A DNA stretch of 29,645 nt from an archaeon. Lineage in GTDB: Archaea; Nanobdellota; Nanobdellia; SCGC-AAA011-G17; GW2011-AR20. A model generated the notes under the pieces. The model was not told the DNA's origin. It worked only from the letters and a program-made list of their open reading frames with translations, and made no database searches. The translations under genes were made by a program, and so were the position numbers. This document shows, in pieces, positions 24,501 to 29,645 of this stretch (positions are counted from its first letter, which is position 1; every line of letters starts with the position of its first letter). The stretch is from the NCBI GenBank assembly GCA_021107205.1, contig JAIOTD010000041.1:1-29645 (forward strand). The letters run 5' to 3'.

Positions 24501-25961
24501 ATGAATAAGTCAGATAATCTATTTAATTTAGCAGGAAAGCGAGGATTCTTTTTTCCTTCTGCAGAAATTTATGGAAGTAAAGCCGGTTTCTGGACTTATG
24601 GCCATTTAGGAACTTTAATGAAAAGAAAATGGGAAAATCTTTGGAGAAATTTCTTTCTTAAATTAGGTGAAAATTATTTTGAAATAGAAGATTGTAATAT
24701 TTTACCAAGAGAAGTATTTCAAAGTTCTGGACATTTACAACATTTTAATGATCCTATTGTTGAAAGTGTAAAAAGCAAAGAAAAATTTAGAGCTGATGAA
24801 TTAATTGAAGAGAAAACAGGAATAAAAGCTGAGGAATTTGATGCTGGTCAATTAGATGCTTTAATTAAAAAACATAATATCAAGGCTCCAAATGGAGAAA
24901 ATTTAGGTAAAGTTCAAATGTTCAATATGATGTTTGATCTAAAAGTTGGTGCTTTTGGTAAGGATATTATGATGTTAAGGCCTGAAACAGCCCAAAGTGC
25001 TTATTTATCTTTCAAAAGAGAATTTAATGCTTTAAGAGAGAAATTACCATTTGGTTTAGCTGTCGTAGGGAAAGCATTTAGAAATGAAATAAGTCCAAGA
25101 CAAGGATTTTATAGATTAAGGGAATTTACTCAAGCAGAACTTCAAATATTCTTTAATGAAAATGAAATGGATAAATGTAAGGATTGGGATTTAGTTAAAA
25201 AATATAAAATAAAAATAAATGATAAAAAAATTTTAGCAAGTAAACTGAAACTGCCTAAGTTTTATGTTTATCATATGGTTCAAATTCAGAAATTTTATTT
25301 GGATTTGTTAAAAATACCTAAAGATAAATTTAGATTTAGAGAGCTTAATGAAAAAGAAAAAGCATTCTATAATAAAATACATTATGATATTGAATTAAAA
25401 CTTGATAGTTTGAAAGGATGGAAAGAGGTTGCTGGTTTACATTATAGAACTGATTATGATTTAACTAACCATCAAAAAGGAAGTAAAGAAAAATTAGAAG
25501 TTAATATTGATGGTAAAAAAATAATTCCTCATGTTTTAGAATTAAGTTTTGGTGTTGATAGAAATGTTTGGGGATTAATTGATATTTTTTATAAAGAAGA
25601 AAAAGAAAGAACTTTATTTAATTTTAATAAGAATGTAGCTCCTGTAGAAGTTGCTGTTTTTCCATTAGTTAACAAAGATAAATTACCAGATAAAGCAATG
25701 GAAGTTTATGATTTATTGAAAGATGATTTTGGTGTTTTCTATGATTGTAAAGGAAGTATTGGAAGAATGTATAGAAGAATGGATGAAGTTGGATGTTTAG
25801 CTATGATTACAATTGATCATGAAACTTTGAAAAATAAAACTGTAACCTTAAGAGATAGGGATAGTATGAAACAGATAAGAGTTAAAATAAATAAATTAAA
25901 AGATGTTCTTGATAAATTCTTAGATGGAGAAAAGTTAAGTAAATTGGGAAAAGTGATTTAA
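24501..25961 (+). CDS. glyS: Glycine--tRNA ligase (alpha2 type)
   Basis: LRPETAQ, GKAFRNEISPRQGFYRLREFTQAE, HVLELSFGVDR, GSIGRMYRRMDEVG. Confidence 0.97.
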   Translation: MNKSDNLFNLAGKRGFFFPSAEIYGSKAGFWTYGHLGTLMKRKWENLWRNFFLKLGENYFEIEDCNILPREVFQSSGHLQHFNDPIVESVKSKEKFRADELIEEKTGIKAEEFDAGQLDALIKKHNIKAPNGENLGKVQMFNMMFDLKVGAFGKDIMMLRPETAQSAYLSFKREFNALREKLPFGLAVVGKAFRNEISPRQGFYRLREFTQAELQIFFNENEMDKCKDWDLVKKYKIKINDKKILASKLKLPKFYVYHMVQIQKFYLDLLKIPKDKFRFRELNEKEKAFYNKIHYDIELKLDSLKGWKEVAGLHYRTDYDLTNHQKGSKEKLEVNIDGKKIIPHVLELSFGVDRNVWGLIDIFYKEEKERTLFNFNKNVAPVEVAVFPLVNKDKLPDKAMEVYDLLKDDFGVFYDCKGSIGRMYRRMDEVGCLAMITIDHETLKNKTVTLRDRDSMKQIRVKINKLKDVLDKFLDGEKLSKLGKVI

Positions 25962-26000
25962 TTCATAACATTTATAAATCTAAATTTTATAGAAATTCTC

Positions 26001-26272
26001 TGTAGGCTAGACTGGCAGGATAGCCCTCTGCTGTAACCTTAAACGGGCTTTATGAAGGGGTTGAAGTTCAGGAAGCGATATATTATTTGGTTAATAGTCT
26101 TGATCCGGACGTTGACGTCTTGTCCTGTAGGATTGGTTTTTTTGAAAACCGAGTCAGACCTTGACGGGAGCAGCTCTAATCATGATCATCAGTGCTTATA
26201 GGGTCGCAGGATTGAGAAAGGATTGAGGTCGCTGTTGGTTAAATTTTATGTTCATTCTTGGACATGCCTACA
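26001..26272 (+). ncRNA. Signal recognition particle (7S) RNA
   Basis: GC-rich island with terminal helix TGTAGGC/GCCTACA, Alu-type UGUAACC motif, helix-8 symmetric loop CAGACC...GGGAGCAG, and TATA at 25971-25978. Confidence 0.85.
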
Positions 26273-26287
26273 CTCATAATAAAAAAA

Positions 26288-27514
26288 TTAAAAAGAAGAA
26301 GAAGTTAAAATTGTTGATTTGTAATCATTTGGCCTTATTCTTGAAGTGTTACCTACAAGATATTTTACGTTAGACCTTTCTGCTGCTACTGCTACATCCC
26401 TATCAACAACGCCATCAAAGATTATTGCATAAACACTACCTACGTTTTTAATTGTAGATATTAATTCAGAAGTTGGTACTTTTCCAAGAACATTCAATTT
26501 CTCATCAAGCAAATAAGCCCCTCTAGTACCTACTAAATCTTCTTGTAATTCCTTGAATTTTTTAGTTTCTGCACTTGATAATTTACTAGTGCTTCTGTTA
26601 TTAGGTCTATTGTAAGGTCTACTATTTTGAGGTCTTCTTTGTGATGGATGCATAGAAATCTGTTTTTCTGGTTGTGCGGAAGCTAATTCTAATTTAACTT
26701 GTTCTATTGTTATTTTACTCCTTAATGCTTTATGAATTTCTTTTTTAGTTAACTCTTCTACTTCTTTCCCATCAGGAGCTCTTATAACATGATCTAATTC
26801 AACACCAGCGTTAATTAGACCTCTAATTATTAGATTTCCGCCTCTATCTCCATCTACAAATAATGTAATGGCTTTTTTCTTTCCTAGAATTTTTATTGTA
26901 TCTGGGATTGATGTTCCATTTAATGCTATTGAGTTTTTAATACCATTTTTAAGTAAATTTAGAACATCTGCTCTTCCTTCTACAACAACTATTTCTTCAG
27001 ATTCTTCTATTCCAGGACCTGCTGCAAGTCTTTCTTTTCCATATTCGGTTATTTCCATCATTCTTACTGATTGGGCAACTTGGTCTGTAATTTCTTGGCT
27101 ATCTGGCAAAACCTTACTTGTTAACTCTCTTAGTAAATCTTTAGCTCTATCAATAACTTGATTTCTTTTAGAAATTCTCACATCCTCTATATTCACTACT
27201 TTAATCTTTGATTCACAAGGACCTATTCTTTGAATAGTTTCTAGAGCAGCACCTATAATTGCAGTTTCTGCTTTATCTAATGAACTAGGAACTATAATTT
27301 CTCCATCTGATTTACCTAATTTTGTCTCTATTTTAACTTCTATTCTTCCTATTCTACCTGATCTTTGCAGTTCTCTAAGCTCTAATTCTGAGCCTAGTAA
27401 ACCTTCTGTTTGTCCAAATATTGCTCCTATGACATCAGGTCTGTCAACAACACCATCAATATGGATTTGAGCATGAACTGTGTATTTAGCACTTACAGGG
27501 CTAATTTTTCCCAT
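26288..27514 (-). CDS. dnaG: Archaeal DnaG-type primase / exosome-associated protein
   Basis: GVVDRPDVIGAIFGQTEGLLG, TOPRIM VVEGRADV and DGDRGG; GGAGG RBS. Confidence 0.96.
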   Translation of the reverse strand: MGKISPVSAKYTVHAQIHIDGVVDRPDVIGAIFGQTEGLLGSELELRELQRSGRIGRIEVKIETKLGKSDGEIIVPSSLDKAETAIIGAALETIQRIGPCESKIKVVNIEDVRISKRNQVIDRAKDLLRELTSKVLPDSQEITDQVAQSVRMMEITEYGKERLAAGPGIEESEEIVVVEGRADVLNLLKNGIKNSIALNGTSIPDTIKILGKKKAITLFVDGDRGGNLIIRGLINAGVELDHVIRAPDGKEVEELTKKEIHKALRSKITIEQVKLELASAQPEKQISMHPSQRRPQNSRPYNRPNNRSTSKLSSAETKKFKELQEDLVGTRGAYLLDEKLNVLGKVPTSELISTIKNVGSVYAIIFDGVVDRDVAVAAERSNVKYLVGNTSRIRPNDYKSTILTSSSF

Positions 27515-27656
27515 TTTATCCTCCTATAGAATAAGCTTAACTAGGTAAAATCACTGCATTTTATTCTGTTTTTCCATTTTTAAAGTAATATAGTGATTAT
27601 TTGATAATAATAAACCCAATGTTAAGTTTATTCAATATTTTTGATTATTATTAATG

Positions 27657-27731
27657 TAGCCCGCAACACTAACTCCCAAGCTCATAGCATTGGCATTGCC
27701 GCACTCCATTGAGTATTCTCATGGCGGGCTA
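27657..27731 (-). ncRNA. Unidentified structured RNA candidate (75 nt)
   Basis: GC-rich island closed by perfect 8-bp stem TAGCCCGC/GCGGGCTA, with internal hairpins; TTTATATA at 27759-27752 places a start near 27730. Confidence 0.5.
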
Positions 27732-27761
27732 AAATTAGTAAGAAATTAAGGTATATAAACC

Positions 27762-28238
27762 TTACTGAAATTTAGTTATATTTAGATAAGATTTTAACTC
27801 ATTATATAAATCATAAGTATCATCTTTTAAGTTTGATTCGTGCTTTGAGGCAGCATCACTGACAAATCTGCTATATATTGTTTTAAAAAACTTAAGCAGA
27901 GGTTTTTCCTCATATCCTCCTTCATAATCATGTTCTAACCAAGATTCAATTTTAATTTGTAAATCTGCTTCAATTAATTTCTTGTTTTTTATCTTAACTT
28001 CCTTCATATTTCCTGCAGTTATAATTATGTTCATGTAATTTTGATAATAATCATCAACTTCTTTTTGATTAAATAGGTTATATTTTAGATTCTTACCTTT
28101 TGCTGTGTATTCTTTTTCTTGAACGGAATATTTTTTCTTTTCTAAGTATTTTTTGATAATATTTCCTATTTCTTTAATATCTATTATTCCACTGTGATTT
28201 AGAAATAAGTCTCTTACCACATAATCAAATTCTGCCAT
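27762..28238 (-). CDS. Hypothetical protein, tandem paralogue 3
   Basis: Shares the G..D..E/L, Y...EK.Y and I.I.SWL patterns with the two upstream ORFs. Confidence 0.8.
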   Translation of the reverse strand: MAEFDYVVRDLFLNHSGIIDIKEIGNIIKKYLEKKKYSVQEKEYTAKGKNLKYNLFNQKEVDDYYQNYMNIIITAGNMKEVKIKNKKLIEADLQIKIESWLEHDYEGGYEEKPLLKFFKTIYSRFVSDAASKHESNLKDDTYDLYNELKSYLNITKFQ

Positions 28239-28275
28239 ATATTTAGAATATTTTATTTATTTAATAATGTTTTGT

Positions 28276-28769
28276 TTAATAAGATCTTAATGTTAAAAAA
28301 TCTTTGATTAATTTATGTAAACCATAAGCTGCGTTATATAAATCTCTTAAATGATTATCAACTCTTCCTTTAATCAAGAAATTCTGATACATTTTTTGTA
28401 AGAATCCTTGTTTTTCCCATTTTCCTCCACCAACATCTAACCAAGATGTAATTCTGATTTCTATATCTGCTTTGTTAAGTTTTCTTTTTTTATTATTATA
28501 AGGAACTTCTACGTCTGTCATTCCAAGAATTAAAATACTTATGTCAATATTATATTTAAAAAAATCACTTCTTGGAACTTCTGCATGCCAAAGAATTTCA
28601 ATTGTTTTCCTCCTGGCTTTGACTTTTCGACATATTTTTTCTCTAATGTTTTTTCATTAAACATCTTTTTGTCTTCAAGAAATTCTTTGATAACTTTATA
28701 TAATTCTGCAAAGTCAAATAAACCAACCCATTTTATTTTTAGATCTTTAGCTACAAATATTTTTTCCAT
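28276..28769 (-). CDS. Hypothetical protein, tandem paralogue 2; split in the track by a one-base frameshift at about 28602-28603
   Basis: Adding one A (CAA to CAAA) joins MEKIFVAKDLKIKWVGLFDFAELYK...GGKQ to IEILWHAEVPRSDFFKYNIDISILILGMTDVEVP..., giving about 164 aa like its neighbours. Confidence 0.8.
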
Positions 28770-28770
28770 T

Positions 28771-29241
28771 TTATATTTTAAAACCAATTAGTTCCTTTAA
28801 CAAAGAAATATATTCGTCTTGTTCTTCTTTTAATTTACCCCAATAATTTTCTATCTTAGGTTTCATTAATGTTTTATTAAAAATATTAAATAAAAATGGT
28901 TTTTTGAATTCATTTTTATGATCAATTAATAAATAAGTATAAACTCTAATTCTAAAATTTCCATCATAATTTCCATTTAAGCTATTAATTTCTTTGCCTA
29001 TAATTGAAGTTTCTATAAAGAATTTGAAATAACCAGTTACTTCTCTTTCAGCAACCCATTTTACTGTTAATTCATTTCCGTATGATTTATTTTTCTCTGT
29101 ATGTTCTTTTTCTGTAAAATCATAATTTCTATCATCAAACCAAGGCTTTGCATTTTTGTATAGTTTATCAAGATTTATAGTTCCTTTATAATTTATCATG
29201 AACCCTTGTTTAGGACTAATAAACTCTTTTGTTTCCATCAC
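28771..29241 (-). CDS. Hypothetical protein, tandem paralogue 1
   Basis: INYKGTINLDKLYK..KPWFDDRNYDFTEKEHTEK aligns by eye with the two downstream ORFs; ATG at 29238 is an alternative start. Confidence 0.8.
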   Translation of the reverse strand: MMETKEFISPKQGFMINYKGTINLDKLYKNAKPWFDDRNYDFTEKEHTEKNKSYGNELTVKWVAEREVTGYFKFFIETSIIGKEINSLNGNYDGNFRIRVYTYLLIDHKNEFKKPFLFNIFNKTLMKPKIENYWGKLKEEQDEYISLLKELIGFKI

Positions 29242-29276
29242 TTTTAAAACCGTTTTAGAATTTAATAATGTTTTGG

Positions 29277-29645
29277 TTAATACCTACATGCGCCACATAA
29301 TGATTTTTTATTTTCTTTGTAAATAGGCCCATATGAACCACATTTTTCACAATATCCTAAATTATGAACTTCTCCTTCTTCTGGTTTTTCGTAGCCTATT
29401 CTATCTAAAATATGAGCATTGCCAGTAAAAAACCTGAATTGTTGCCGAATGACGAATTTTGCGTTTAGAGTGAAAAATAAAAATTTAGGATAGAGCTGAT
29501 TAGATCTAATTCTTGGAGCGTTATAACTAAAAGGCAAGCCATGCCACTCTATTCCGACGAAATGTGTAATGCCTGCGGTAGCACCAGTACCGGCAATCAA
29601 TATGTCATTCTCAAGTAAAGACAGTTTCTTCGTTTCCTCGGTTTC
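29277..29645 (-). CDS. 5'-truncated ORF: restriction-modification specificity (TRD)-like segment joined to a C-terminal zinc ribbon
   Basis: Frame stays open to the window edge (ETEETKKLSLLENDILIAGTGATAG...LYPKFLFFTLNAKF..QQ...TGNA); ends with CEKC...LCGAC. Confidence 0.5.
   Translation of the reverse strand, partial: ETEETKKLSLLENDILIAGTGATAGITHFVGIEWHGLPFSYNAPRIRSNQLYPKFLFFTLNAKFVIRQQFRFFTGNAHILDRIGYEKPEEGEVHNLGYCEKCGSYGPIYKENKKSLCGACRY

Noticed and set aside
26001-26272. RNase P RNA or rRNA fragment as identity of the GC-rich island
   Set aside because: Lacks the GAGGAAAGUCC/CR-V motifs and matches SRP Alu and helix-8 motifs instead.
27657-27731. TPP riboswitch, tRNA or 5S rRNA identity for the structured island (UGAGA-AUACUC and GGCAAUGCC are TPP-like)
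   Set aside because: No 5' P2/P3 strand before UGAGA, no CUGAU or AGGGA, no T-loop or anticodon arm, and too short for 5S.
26868-28791. Plus-strand ORFs 26868-27161 and 28585-28791
   Set aside because: Antisense to dnaG and to the paralogue cluster.

Overview
Very AT-rich archaeal chromosomal segment. Gene content and style suggest a DPANN/Nanobdellota genome, most likely Woesearchaeota- or Pacearchaeota-like (inference). Core genes: rpl1-rpl10-rpl12, ftsZ-secE-spt5-rpl11, aIF5A-rpl40e-S2P-tatD, rpl37Ae-rpoP-pfdB-UPF0147-sepF-ZPR1, glyS, dnaG, cdc6, SRP RNA and a two-intron tRNA-Pro(UGG). Short ORFans are interspersed. The most striking accessory structure is an island at about 2.5-5.9 kb. 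It holds a membrane-anchored Mrr-type nuclease, a DnaQ exonuclease, and a Fic gene. The Fic gene is bounded by 36-bp terminal inverted repeats and by a long degenerate direct repeat of the hemK 3' end, and its N-terminus resembles IS1634-family transposase N-termini. Other unannotated signals: a putative L1-binding leader over the rpl1 ribosome-binding site, a three-micropeptide operon after cdc6, two Lys/Arg-rich micro-ORFs, a stand-alone CARF-like protein, an unidentified 75-nt structured RNA, SRP RNA with non-canonical tetraloops, three tandem paralogues of unknown function, two single-base frameshifts, and a probably chimeric ORF at the right edge. All family assignments come from motif reading, not database searches.
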